From NCBI GenBank assembly GCA_963806275.1, contig CAWDXH010000003.1:81703-145702 (forward strand): a stretch of DNA of 64,000 bases, written 5' to 3'. This document shows positions 53,061 through 64,000 of this stretch, piece by piece (position 1 is the stretch's first letter; each line of letters starts with the position of its first letter). Both the position numbers and the translations under genes were made by a program. Under the pieces are notes generated by a model. The model was given only the letters and a program-made list of their open reading frames with translations. It ran no database searches and had not been told where the DNA came from. Origin of the DNA: an uncultured Bacteroidota bacterium. Lineage in GTDB: Bacteria; Bacteroidota; Bacteroidia; Chitinophagales; Chitinophagaceae.

Positions 53061-54599
53061 GATGACTCTATCGGTTTTGCCAGTTGGGAAATTTGTTTGA
53101 TAGCCGCCTGAGCGCCGCTATTAATGAGTTGCTGCAATTTACTGCTTATTGCATTTATAAAACTGGCATAACTACCAAGATTGACACCCCAAAATGATTC
53201 GTCACCCAGTATATCCTGTGCCAGGTGGGAGGTGCTTTCAGCCTGTTTCCATTTTGCAGCATACCAGCCTGCATTATCATCATTTACCAGGTATTTTTTA
53301 CCATTAATTTCTCCATAATACTTTCCATCCGCAGCCTTTTCACATTTCATGAAAAGGAGGTGTGCTGCAAGCCCAAGAGAAATATATTCCGGTACATGTA
53401 CCAAACCGGGCCAGGTAATTTTGTATAATGGGAATATTCCTCATTTTCATTTTAGAAGAGTACTGCACGGTTATACTCAACCATTGATGTTCGATATGCG
53501 GATTGCGAAAACGATCCAGTACTTTGCCGGCAAATTCACTCGCTGCATCCAGGCTGATCGTTTCGTTTGTTATGGCGGGGCTTATTTCCAGCATCATCAG
53601 GTTGCTGATATAGTTGGCAAAATCAGCATTATCCATTGCTTCTTTTACAGTGTGAAAACCGGCCAGATGTGCAAGTCCGCAACTGAACGTATGCGATCCG
53701 TTTAATAAACGAAGTTTTAATTCACAATAAAGATGAATATCAGCTGTAATGATTGCTCCCTCATCAGCCTTGACGAATGATAATATATCTTTTACTTTTT
53801 GCTTATCGGATTCAATGGCCCATAAACGATATACTTCACTTATGATCATTAATTCATCGGTATATCCCAATTCCTTTTCAACTTTTGATTGCATAACAGC
53901 AGATAGTTTACCAGGCACAATACGATCAACCAACGAATTGCAAAAATAATTCGCATTCTCCAGCCAGTCAATGAAAGCATATTCAAGGTTATTCTGGTGA
54001 GCCAGCTCATCCAGGATTGCTTCCAGCTTTTCGCCATTGCCGGGTATCAGTTCAGTTGGGATAATAACCATTCCCTTACCAGCGTCGCCATTGAATATCC
54101 TGTACCTTTTATAGAGGAAGGCCAGCAACTTAGCGGGAAAAGACCGTGGAGGGGATGCGTGAAGATCATCATCAGCATCCAGTACAATACCTACCTCTGT
54201 TGTATTGGAAATGATTACCTGCATAGCAGGGTTAGAAGCGCATTGCAGAATTTCGTTCCATTGTGAAGCAGCAGATAATACCCGGCTGATAGATGAATTG
54301 ATTATATTTTCTTCAATTATATTTCCTTTTTCAAGCCCCCGGATGCAAAGAGTGTACAATCCATCCTGTTTATCAAAACCCTCCGCACCGGGACCGGAGG
54401 TGGATTTAACCATTACGATCCGCCCGTTAAAAATATGCTGTCGGTTTGCGTTATCAATAAAATAATCAGGCAGCCCCCTAAGCAACACTCCAGTGCCGAA
54501 TTGCAACACTTTTTCCGGCAAGGTAAATAACCTTTCGACGGGGACGGATAGATTTTTCCCGGGCGAAATTTCTTTTACAGTCTTTTTTGATAATTGCAT
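53057..54599 (-). CDS. uxaB: Tagaturonate reductase (altronate oxidoreductase); indel near 53400
   Basis: PEKVLQFGTGVLLRG, ISNTTEVGI, SFPAKL, PTELI..NG, NSLVDRIVPG, KLRLLNGSH and DRFRNP.I.H.W motifs. Confidence 0.92.
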
Positions 54600-54777
54600 C
54601 TTAATAGAAATTATTGCCAATGAGTAGAAACATTTCTACTGGAAATAAGAGGACGGACATAGTTAAAGCCGCAGAGTAAAATGGTGGTTATAATTTAACC
54701 GGAAAGAATTCTTTTGCGTAATTAAGATTAAAAAAAGACCAGGCCGCAACAAGATTCAATTTTATATTGCCCCCTTA

Positions 54778-55182
54778 TTATCGTAAGGCTTTTACCTGTT
54801 CAGGTGTAATGGCGCCAGGAACTTTGTTACCCATTTTGTTCCGCACATAATTTAATACATCAGCAATTTGCTCATCGCTCAGGTATGGCTGGGGCGGCAT
54901 TAATGCATCATATTTTTTCTTATTAACGGTAATTTCTCCACTCTGGCCAAGCAGAATTATATTCACCAGGGTTTTTACTGGCTTTTTCAGGTAGTCCGTT
55001 TTCGCTACTGGTGGAAAAATTTCAGTGCCTTGCCCCTCGGGCATATGACAGCTCATACAATAAGTTTCATATACTTCCTTGCCCCGCTCGATGCTTTTCG
55101 GAAGATCATATTTTTGAAAAAATGAACTTGTTAGAATTAAAAAGCCTGAAATGACAAATACTAAAATAACGGATCTATACAT
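54778..55182 (-). CDS. Monoheme cytochrome c
   Basis: RGKEVY..YCMSCH...GQG...FPP, distal MPP and LSDEQIADVLNYVR motifs. Confidence 0.9.
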   Translation of the reverse strand: MYRSVILVFVISGFLILTSSFFQKYDLPKSIERGKEVYETYCMSCHMPEGQGTEIFPPVAKTDYLKKPVKTLVNIILLGQSGEITVNKKKYDALMPPQPYLSDEQIADVLNYVRNKMGNKVPGAITPEQVKALR

Positions 55183-55336
55183 ATGTTAATTTTTTGAATA
55201 ATACAACTATTGCTTTTTTATACGATGCTATTTCCTACTAAAAGGATGCGTCAATTTAATTCCTCAATGTACACATTTTTCTCACGAACCCCCGGTGAAT
55301 AACTGTTACCGGAGTTATTATTTCAATTCGTTTAAT

Positions 55337-55834
55337 CTATTTACTACTTGCATTTATTTGTTGTGTAAACCGGAATAAATTCTTTTCATTGTCATCATAC
55401 ATGATCAATTGCTTTTTTGCTGAATACAAAAACAAGGAAGGATATTTACGGGGCTTGAACTTTCGCATAAATTCATAATTCGAATCCTGCAAAATGGTAA
55501 CGCTCTTATCTTTCGTTAGTGCAGTCCCGTACTTTTTCATAAACACTTCTATTTTTTCCTGGTTGTCAAGTGTAATCAAATAAATAGCTGTTTTTTTAAA
55601 CTCCTGTATATGCTGACCGATATATTGAATAGCATGCTGGCAATGATCGCATTCGGTATCAAAAAAAACAAAAAATAACATTTTGCCGCTTTCAAGATCT
55701 TTATTTGAAAAAGTCTTTTTATTAAGCCTTGAAAAGGAAAACTCCGGTAAGGTGGTGGCAGGTGTCTGCGCCGTTGCCTGGAAAGATATAATGAGAAAAA
55801 AGATAATTGTTTTGAACATATAATTCATCATCAT
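55337..55834 (-). CDS. Redoxin / TlpA-like thioredoxin-fold protein
   Basis: Signal peptide, LPEF.F, FFDTECDHCQ (CxxC) and YPSLFLY. Confidence 0.82.
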   Translation of the reverse strand: MMMNYMFKTIIFFLIISFQATAQTPATTLPEFSFSRLNKKTFSNKDLESGKMLFFVFFDTECDHCQHAIQYIGQHIQEFKKTAIYLITLDNQEKIEVFMKKYGTALTKDKSVTILQDSNYEFMRKFKPRKYPSLFLYSAKKQLIMYDDNEKNLFRFTQQINASSK

Positions 55835-55995
55835 TGGCCTGAATTGAGAATCTGCATTTTTAATTGCGAGGGTCTAAAGTTAGAAGATTTGATCAAATTT
55901 ACTGGTTACAATTATTCCTCGGTCTAAACCAGATAATTTTAAACTTTTAAAAAATTATTTGTAATAAACGTTATTGGAGGAACCAGTTGACCCAC

Positions 55996-57535
55996 TTATT
56001 TCGAGATGCTTTTCATGTTCATCATTTCCAGCTTTTTGATCAGGACTTGCCCCTCCGATTTAATCTGTATTTTATTATAGATTTTACGGGGGAAAAATAT
56101 CTCCGTCATTACCGTCAATCCGTCATCAGCAAATAATTCTACAGAGCTTACATCAATGACCAGGGAGAGATTCATTTTTGAACTGCTGGTAAACCGGGGT
56201 GCAACATGCCTGCCGGCAAAATCATTATGAAAATCTTTTTTACCTGATTTTGTCCTGTCAATAAAATATTGGTTAATCTCTTTATCAAAACCAATCACCG
56301 TTTCTTCCCCCAGGTCATTGGAAAGTACTACCGAAAAATCCGTTGCGTTTTCCAGTTCCAGGTTTAACCTGCAGGGGATGTTTATGTTTCCGGATTTTGG
56401 AAGAAATATTAAATTGCCTGTTTACTTGTATATTTTTTAATACAACAGGTTTGCTTTGAAGAGTTGAAAGCTCAGCTACTGGTTGAGAGGTAACGAAAAT
56501 ATCATCTCCCACCTTTTTCAACTTTAATTCGCGGGGTATTGTCATTGCACTTCTCCATTTTTCCGTCGGCACCAGGTTTGCATACAACCAGTTACTCATC
56601 CATCCCAAAAATATTTTCCGGTCTCCCGTATTGGACCAGGTAATGCCTGCATAATCATCGGGGCCATAATCAAGCCACCTGGCTATCTGTTTGCGTAGAA
56701 GTAAAATTATTTCCATCAAACTCGCCCAGGAAATATTGCGTAGCAGACCCTTTATTGGGTCCACCCGGATTTATACTTACAATCAGCACCCAAACTTTTT
56801 TCCCATTATCTGATCAAGTGAAAATAGATCAGGACATTCCCAAACACCGCCATGAGCACCTACATCCTTTCCAAACTCACTTTCTTTTTTCCAGGTCTTC
56901 AAATTGGGTGAAGAGTAAAAAGTGATCCTGTCTTTTGTTGCCAGTGTCATGATCCACTTTTTCTGCGGTTCATACCACATTACTTTAGGGTCACGGAAAT
57001 CGGTAATACCGGGATTTTCCAGAACAGGATTACTCGCATATTTGGTCCAGGTTTTTCCATCATCAAGACTAAATGCAATACTTTGATATTGAAAATCATT
57101 TCTTTTTCTTTTTCTCCTACCGGATCATGATGCGTAAATATGGCTATTAATGGAGCCTTCCCGTTTTTACCCAAACCAGATGTATTGTTTTTATCAACTA
57201 CCGCACTGCCTGAAAAAATATAACCGAGACTATCAGGGTACAGTGCAATAGGTTGCTTCTTTCCAATGAACCAGGTCCTGTGCTGGTAGCATGGCCCCAG
57301 TGCATAGGTCCCCAAACGGTACTGTCAGGGTAATACTGAAAAAACAAATGATAAATACCATTATGATACACCATACCATTGGGATCATTTATCCAATTGG
57401 CTTTTGGAGAAAAATGAATTTGAGGACGGTGGGCTTCGTGCATATTTCCTGCTACCCGGCTGGGCCGATACAATTTATACCGATGGATTGAAGGCTGAAA
57501 AGATATAATGCCGTTATAAATATTTTCTTTACCAT
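55996..57535 (-). CDS. GH32 levanase / beta-fructofuranosidase; several indels
   Basis: [54 protein letters not shown] and C-terminal DVSSVELF. Confidence 0.92.
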
Positions 57536-57728
57536 AATAGTATTATTTTTAAACAAATACAATACAAGCTTTGAGTGAAGTTAAAAACCTCCTCCGGTTT
57601 AAAATGAATGCATATATAATGCTTGCCTATGTTAAAAATTTTAATACGGTTAACAGTTCCAGAATAGATTCTGAAAACTTCCATCAAAAACTATTTCACC
57701 TTGACTCTATGTGGAAATTTTTATCTTA

Positions 57729-59442
57729 TCAATAACCGGGATTTTGTTTATACAAACCATTTGTAAAAGTGATTTCAGATTGTGGAATGGGCAAGTATTC
57801 ATCTCTTCCTGCTGTAAATTTAGCTGTTGCCAAAAAAGTTCTCCTGTTTTTTTCAACATGCTATGTAAGCATTTAAAGTCTGTTCAGCAATTCCCCATCT
57901 TACCAGATCAAAAAAGCGTGCACCTTCTGTTGCAAATTCCAGACGTCTTTCCCATTGCAAAGCTTTACGGGCATAAGTCCTGTGTCCAACCAGCAGCAGA
58001 ATATTCTTTAGTATTATAATTTGAAGCGAAAAGTGCCATCCAATTTCTTTAAGTCTTCCGGTACTTGCTGCCGCTCTTGCCCTTATTTGGTTAATTAGTG
58101 GCAATGCTTTATCCTGTTGACCCAATTCAATATATGCTTCTGCCTGCATCAATAATATATCATCGTACCTGAGGATATCATAATTTTTTGCAGTACCCAT
58201 AAATGGCCCAAGTTTAAAATAAGATGAACTGGTTGCCAGTTGCTGATAACGCATGGTATGAAAATTGCCATATACACCCGCATCACGAACCCAGCTATTG
58301 CTGAAAGGTTTTGTATTATCATATTTATAAGGATGCCCGTCAATACCAACAGTATGGTCAAGACGGGGATCAACTGTTGCTGTGTTTAAATCTGCAATGC
58401 TATTATTGAATGTTGTAAAATTGGGCAACCCATTGGCATCTGTGGTGTGAGCATTTACCAGGTTTTGACTTGGAGCATGAAAACCGCAGCAACCATATTG
58501 TGGTGCACCGTGCGGATAATTCAATCCATCTTCATAACTCAACCTGCCTGCAGTTGTACCATCGTTTATGGTAAACTGAATAGCAAAAACAGATTCGGGT
58601 CCATTTTCAGTTTCAGGTAAAAAATTATCTGCAATATCAGTACTTAAAGAATATTTGCCGGATGAAATAACTGCCTGCGTTAATGTAACAACTTCCTGCA
58701 ATCTTGCTTGATTGATATTGGTTACCTTATGGTTGTCATCCTGCTCGTATGCCTGGTACAATCTCAATTTTGCCAGATAAGCCTGTGCAGCATAATTTAT
58801 TTGCCCTGCCAAGTTCTGGTTGAGTTTCAGGCAAATTGTCAATGGCAAATTGAAAATCAGCAGCAATTTTATTCCAGGATTCTTCATTGCTCAAATCATT
58901 TGAAATTTTCAGAATATCTTCTCACTGTAGCATTTTCATCAAAAATTGGAATATTCTTGTACAATAATTTCATTGTAAAATAACTATGTGCTCTTAGAAA
59001 TCGTAATTCAGCCAATCGTTGTTTTTTTTGTGGGAAACGCTGCATCAGTAAATGTATTTACAGCACGAAGTGCCACATTAGCTCTTGAAATAGATTTAAA
59101 AAGATTTTGCCAGGTGCGGGTAACAAAAGCATCCCATAGTTGGTGTAACTAAATTATAATGTTCCAGTGCATCTACTTCACCAACATCACCGGTACCACC
59201 ACCGCCTTTGTAGGCATCATCGGAACGAACACTTCCATAAGCCCAGTTGCTATAGATCGGTCCTATCATATCACCATTTCCAATGGCAGCATAAGCAGCT
59301 GTAACCAATCCTTCAACGGCAGTAGGTGATGTTAAATCTGAAGATGACAATACCCCGTAGGTGTATAGTCAAGTGCTTTTTTACAGGAACTAAAAATCAA
59401 TAGTCCTGATGTTATAAAAGCAGTTATAATTATATTTTTCAT
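57729..59442 (-). CDS. susD: SusD/RagB nutrient-binding lipoprotein; several indels
   Basis: Lipobox FSSC; SVRSDDAYKGGG, AQAYLAK, ESVFAIQ, LRYDDILLMQAEA and ERRLEFATEG.RFFDLVRWG; ends QNPGY*. Confidence 0.9.
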
Positions 59443-59463
59443 TTTGATTTAATTTTTAATTCG

Positions 59464-62400
59464 TTAAAATGATGCGTTAATACCAAAAGTGAATGTTTTT
59501 GGAATCGGTACAGGATCAAGATCTATTCTTTCCGGATCAGGGCTTAGATAGCTTTTGCTTTTGAACCAGAATAAATTTTCAGCCATAGCAAAAAAACGTA
59601 GTCTTGAAAAGACAGCTTTTGGTACAAGGTTATATCCCAACTGAATATTGCGCATTTTAAAATAAGATGTACTCACGATAAAATAATCAGAAGTACGGCC
59701 TTCACTGTTATTGTCTTTCAGTGTTAATGCAGGAACATTTGTATTGGTGTTTTGTGGATGTCCAGCCATTAAATACACCAGGTCCTACATTTTCCCTGCT
59801 TTTCATCAGGTTGTTGAATAGTGTATACACATCAAATCCTTCTCTGCCTGCTACACCTGAACCAAATAAAGACAAATCAAATTTTTTATAAGTCAAATCA
59901 ATTCTTACACCATATTCCAAGTCAGGAAGTGTGGTACCTATCCAGGTTCTGTCCAGATCATTAATTACTTTGTCGTTATTAATATCTACATAACGAATTC
60001 TGCCCGGACCAGCACCAATTTGTGTTGGAGCTTTATCTACTTCTGCCTGTGATTGAAAGAGACCATTTGTTTTATAACCAAAAATGTCAAATTGAGAATG
60101 ACCAATGATGGTATTTACAAGATTACCTGCATAAGCAGGACTTACATTTTCAGGTAATTCTGTTATTTTATCCCTGAAATGAGCGAAATTAAGCTTCACA
60201 TCATATTTAAAATCTCCCATTTTTTCGCCCTGATAACCTATTACAAATTCCCAACCTTTATTACTTTTTGATGCACCATTTACTGCTTTTGTTTGTCCTT
60301 CACCCAAAGCGGATGCAACAGGTGGCGTAATCAAAATACCAGTTGTTTTTCTTGAAAAATAATCGAATGATCCATAAATTTTATTTTTAAGTATGGAGAA
60401 ATCTAATCCTGCATTTATTTCATCAGTTGTTTCCCATTTAAGCGCCGGATTTGCTGCCTGTGTTTGAACAAAACCTGAAGGCAATGTACCTGTATTGGCA
60501 CCTGATAAAGAATAAGCTGTTCCTACATTCATAGTATTGCTCCCAAAAACCACCGTGCAAGTTGTGCCAGTGTTGTACCATATCTGGTATCAAAAAGTCC
60601 AAAACGTGACAGATCACCAATTTGCTGATTACCTACTCGGCCAACACCAACCCTTACTTTTAATTCAGAGAATAAATTATTCTTCTCCATGAATGCTTCT
60701 TTGTCTATTCTCCATCCTATAGAAGCAGCAGGAAAAATACCATACTGGTTGTCTGCACCAAAACGGGATGAACCATCACGACGAACAGTAACAGCAGCTA
60801 GGTATTTATCAGCATAATTATAATCAACACGTCCAAATTGTGAAAACAACCTGTTGCCGGTTGATCCTCCGGAAACGGTTGTATTACCGGTACCTGCATT
60901 TAGCGTAAAATAATCTTCTGTTTGAAGTGCAAAACCTTCCTTTCTTTATAAAATTGAAAATCTATATCGGTTTTGATATACTCTGTACCAACCAAAAATT
61001 TAAAACTGATTGTTTTCATTCAGGTCCCAATTATATCGTAACGTATTGGACAAGGTAAGACTTAAAAAATGATTTTGATCAAAAGACAAACTATTTGTAG
61101 TACGGGCTAATGCACCTTCTGTAAAAGTTGGTGTAATAACTTTATTTGAAAAATTAGCATTATCAGCACCAATATTCGATTTGAAAAATAAATTTTTAAT
61201 AGGTTGAATTTCTACAAAAACATTACCGAATGTACTCAAACGGTTTGCATTATTCCATCTTGCCAGGTACTGCATGTGCAAGGGATTATTTCTATCAGAA
61301 TAACCTGCACCTAATTCACCTGCATAAGTAACACCATCTTTTTGATAAACAGGAATGGTAGGCGCTAAAGTAACTGCCAAAAATGTGGTAGCAGCACCGC
61401 CCAAATCTCTTGCAGTTAATGTTTCATTTGAGTTGGCAATCCGCAGATTAACACCAAACGTTACTTTGTCATTAAAAGCCTTGGTTAATGCATTAATGCT
61501 ACCGCTCAAACGTTCGTAACCTGTATATCTTAACATGCCTGTATTTTTAAGATAGCCTAGATTTATTTCTACTGACGAATTTTTGTTACCAACTGAAGCT
61601 GTTAAACTATTATTGGTTACAATACCTGTTTTATACATTACATCCTGCCAGTCTGTATTGCCGGCGGGTGTATTCGGATCGCCACCAACAAAAGGCTTTA
61701 ACGTTACGCTGTTTAAAACCGGATTATCAAAATCATTATTCCAGTCGAAATTGATAAATTTCGCCATAACCTGCAGCAGGGTCCTGTCTGTCATTAACCG
61801 AGGCCTGCCATAATGCTCTGCCTCTGTCTACCGAGTTCAGCATTTTAAACCGCATTGATTTTTCTGACTGAACGGAAAGTGCTGCTGTTAAATTGAAATT
61901 GTACTTTACCATTTGTATTACCGCCATTTTTGGTAGTAACAATGATAACACCATTGGAGGCACGGGCACCATAAATAGATTCTGCAGAAGCATCTTTTAA
62001 AACCTGCACAGAAGCAATATTTGCCGGATCCATATTTTGAAATACTTCCGGTCTTGTTGTAGGTATACCATCAATAACATACAAGTGGATCGTTATTTCC
62101 CAGTGTATTAGCACCACGTATCAGTATTCTGCCATTAGATCCATTGGGCGAGCCATCTTTTTCAATATACAAACCGGCTACCCGGCCCTGCAAGGCCTGC
62201 ATGGTATTACCCGAACTATTATTTTTAACCGGCAGTTAAATCTACTACTGCAACTGCACCAGTTAAATCCTGTTTTCTTTGAGAGGTATAACCAACCACT
62301 ACTACCTCCTCCCCTTCTTTAACTCCTTCTTCCAGTCTCAACAGATAGATTTTGATCTACTGCCGAAATTTTAATGGTGACAGGTTTCATCCCTACATAG

Positions 62401-62610
62401 GAAAATGTCAGGTTATCACCCAACAGATGCTTCAATGGAAAACTTTCCTGAAACATCTGTTAGTACCGTTTTACCTTTTGATTGAACGGAAACACCTGCA
62501 AGTGGTGTTTTATCGGTTTTATCGGTAACAGTACCGGTAATAGTTTTTTGCTGGGCAAAAGTAAAAAGCGCAGCAAGCAGCAACGTAATTAAGCAAAGCA
62601 ACTTTCGCAT
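59464..62610 (-). CDS. susC: SusC-like TonB-dependent transporter; several indels
   Basis: [55 protein letters not shown] and [12 protein letters not shown]; ends FGINASF. Confidence 0.92.
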
Positions 62611-62642
62611 AAGTCTGTGTTTTTTATTTGATTTAAGAGATA

Positions 62643-63552
62643 TTATACTGTTTGTTTTTTTTCTTTAACCAGCTTTTCTATATCATGAAGGCTGTATGGA
62701 GGGCATGCCCCTCTTTGAGTAGCTATGAAAGCTCCAAGACCGCTGGCAAAATCCAGCGCATCCTTCGGTGAGGCATTCTCCAATAGTTTACATAGCAGGC
62801 CAGCCAGAAAGGCATCACCGCTGCCAACTGTATCCACTACTTCTACCTTGTATCCATTATGTCTGTATCCATTCCCGTTCAAATGCAACAAAGCTCCATC
62901 AGCCACCCATGGTAACCACGATGTTTGAAACGTTGAACTTATCGGTTATAGATTTTATTCTATCCTCTATACTTGTATAGCTGCTGAACCAGCCGGTTAT
63001 TAATTCAAGCTCCGCAAGATTTATTTTTAAGAAATCAGCTTTGGCTAATAATTCTTCAACGATCCGCCGGTTAAAATGGGGAGCTCTCAGGTTTATATCC
63101 AGCACTTTATTTTTCGCTGATTCCAATAACTTTAATAATGTTTTCTTTGATTGTTTGTTTCTTGCAGCAAGGCTTCCAAAAACAAAAAATTCTGCGTTGG
63201 AAACCAAATCAGAAAAACCCTCTTCCCAGGTGATAAAGTCCCAGGCTACAGGCATTACTATATCATACATAACTTCGTTGTGCTCGTTCGGTTCCGCATA
63301 CACTTTTCCTGTTTCATATTCATAATCCACCTGGAAAAAATCGGTACAAACACCGTGATTGGAGAAAATATTCAACAGTTCTTTTCCTTTTTCATCAATA
63401 CCAATTTTTGTAATCAATGCCGGGTTTTTACTCTGTTTGTACAAATGATAGGCAACATTCATGGGTGCACCACCTGGTACCGCACCGACGGGAAGAATAT
63501 CCCATAATACTTCACCAAAACAAACGACATCGAATATGTTTTTATCAGACAT
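62643..63552 (-). CDS. Fructokinase (PfkB carbohydrate kinase); indel near 62905
   Basis: [32 protein letters not shown] and [12 protein letters not shown] motifs; fructan PUL context. Confidence 0.88.
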
Positions 63553-63558
63553 AAAATA

Positions 63559-64000
63559 TTATTTCATTTCTAATTTTGCTTTAAACTTTTGGCTTCCTGA
63601 CTGTTTTATTAGCTTCTCTTCTAACTCTTCCAGCGGTACTCCCTTGGTTTCAGGCATTTTAAAAACCACCCAGAGTAGCTGCAGCACCATCATCAATGAA
63701 AAAAACAGGAAAATTTTAGCGGGGCCAATACTGGGGCTTCTGGCTACTATGGGAAAAACAGCAGTAACTAATGCCGCCATTATCCAGTGTGTCGATGATC
63801 CGAGCGACTGGCCATAGGACCGAACCTGGTTTGGAAATATTTCTGAAATAAATACCCAGATGACGGCTCCCTGTCCAATGGCATGCGAGGCAATAAAAAC
63901 AAAAAGACATACCGGCACTATCACGCCACCCAAAAACTGAAATTGAAATGCTGCCGCCACCGCTCCCAGCGATAAAATATATCCAATGGAACCAATCAAC
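63559..64000 (-). CDS. MFS sugar porter (probable fructose permease), C-terminal part; gene continues beyond the window
   Basis: HAIGQGAVIWVFISEIFPN.VR..G and MPETKG..LEE sugar-porter motifs. Confidence 0.9.
   Translation of the reverse strand, partial: LIGSIGYILSLGAVAAAFQFQFLGGVIVPVCLFVFIASHAIGQGAVIWVFISEIFPNQVRSYGQSLGSSTHWIMAALVTAVFPIVARSPSIGPAKIFLFFSLMMVLQLLWVVFKMPETKGVPLEELEEKLIKQSGSQKFKAKLEMK

Noticed and set aside
54605-54620. TGGCAA-TAATT-TCTAT upstream of uxaB as part of the stress regulon
   Set aside because: Poor -12 element and only 5 nt from the start codon, too close for a -24/-12 promoter

Overview
AT-rich Bacteroidota DNA (gene content and lipoprotein signals suggest a Chitinophagaceae-like soil or freshwater organism). 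Many genes are split by single-base indels, which look like uncorrected long-read errors rather than true pseudogenes. The window has five blocks. (1) 0.5-10.3 kb: a LytS/LytTR two-component locus with redox and metal cargo (DUF1772 protein, cytochrome c, hemerythrin, DUF5602 lipoprotein, VOC protein) and a beta-propeller sensor kinase whose phospho-acceptor His is replaced by Thr; an exact 10-mer CAATTCATCC sits in front of five of these transcription units. (2) 10.5-28.9 kb: an ECF sigma factor, a dual-membrane-spanning-type anti-sigma factor, a ~3,400-aa PA14 / ~31x FN3 / beta-helix protein with no T9SS C-terminal domain, a lipoprotein, a TonB-dependent receptor, a DUF4249 lipoprotein and a PAP2 phosphatase; an identically spaced ACCCAACY-N17-TATCT promoter-like motif occurs three times. 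(3) 29-49.2 kb: a general-stress island (KTSC, CinA/PncC-like, SemiSWEET, LigD without Ku, PPase, DUF72, Nei, GT-glf-GH1/RfbD-GH1, orphan receivers, KatE, FAD/Rieske oxidoreductase, Fet4-like, YciF) in which about a dozen genes are preceded by a sigma54-like TGGCA-N6-TTG element. (4) 49.5-54.6 kb: uxaB-uxaA-kdgK-eda galacturonate catabolism. (5) 56-64 kb: a fructan/sucrose PUL (MFS porter, fructokinase, SusC, SusD, GH32). No rRNA, tRNA, CRISPR array or mobile element was seen. All family calls come from reading motifs by eye, without database searches.
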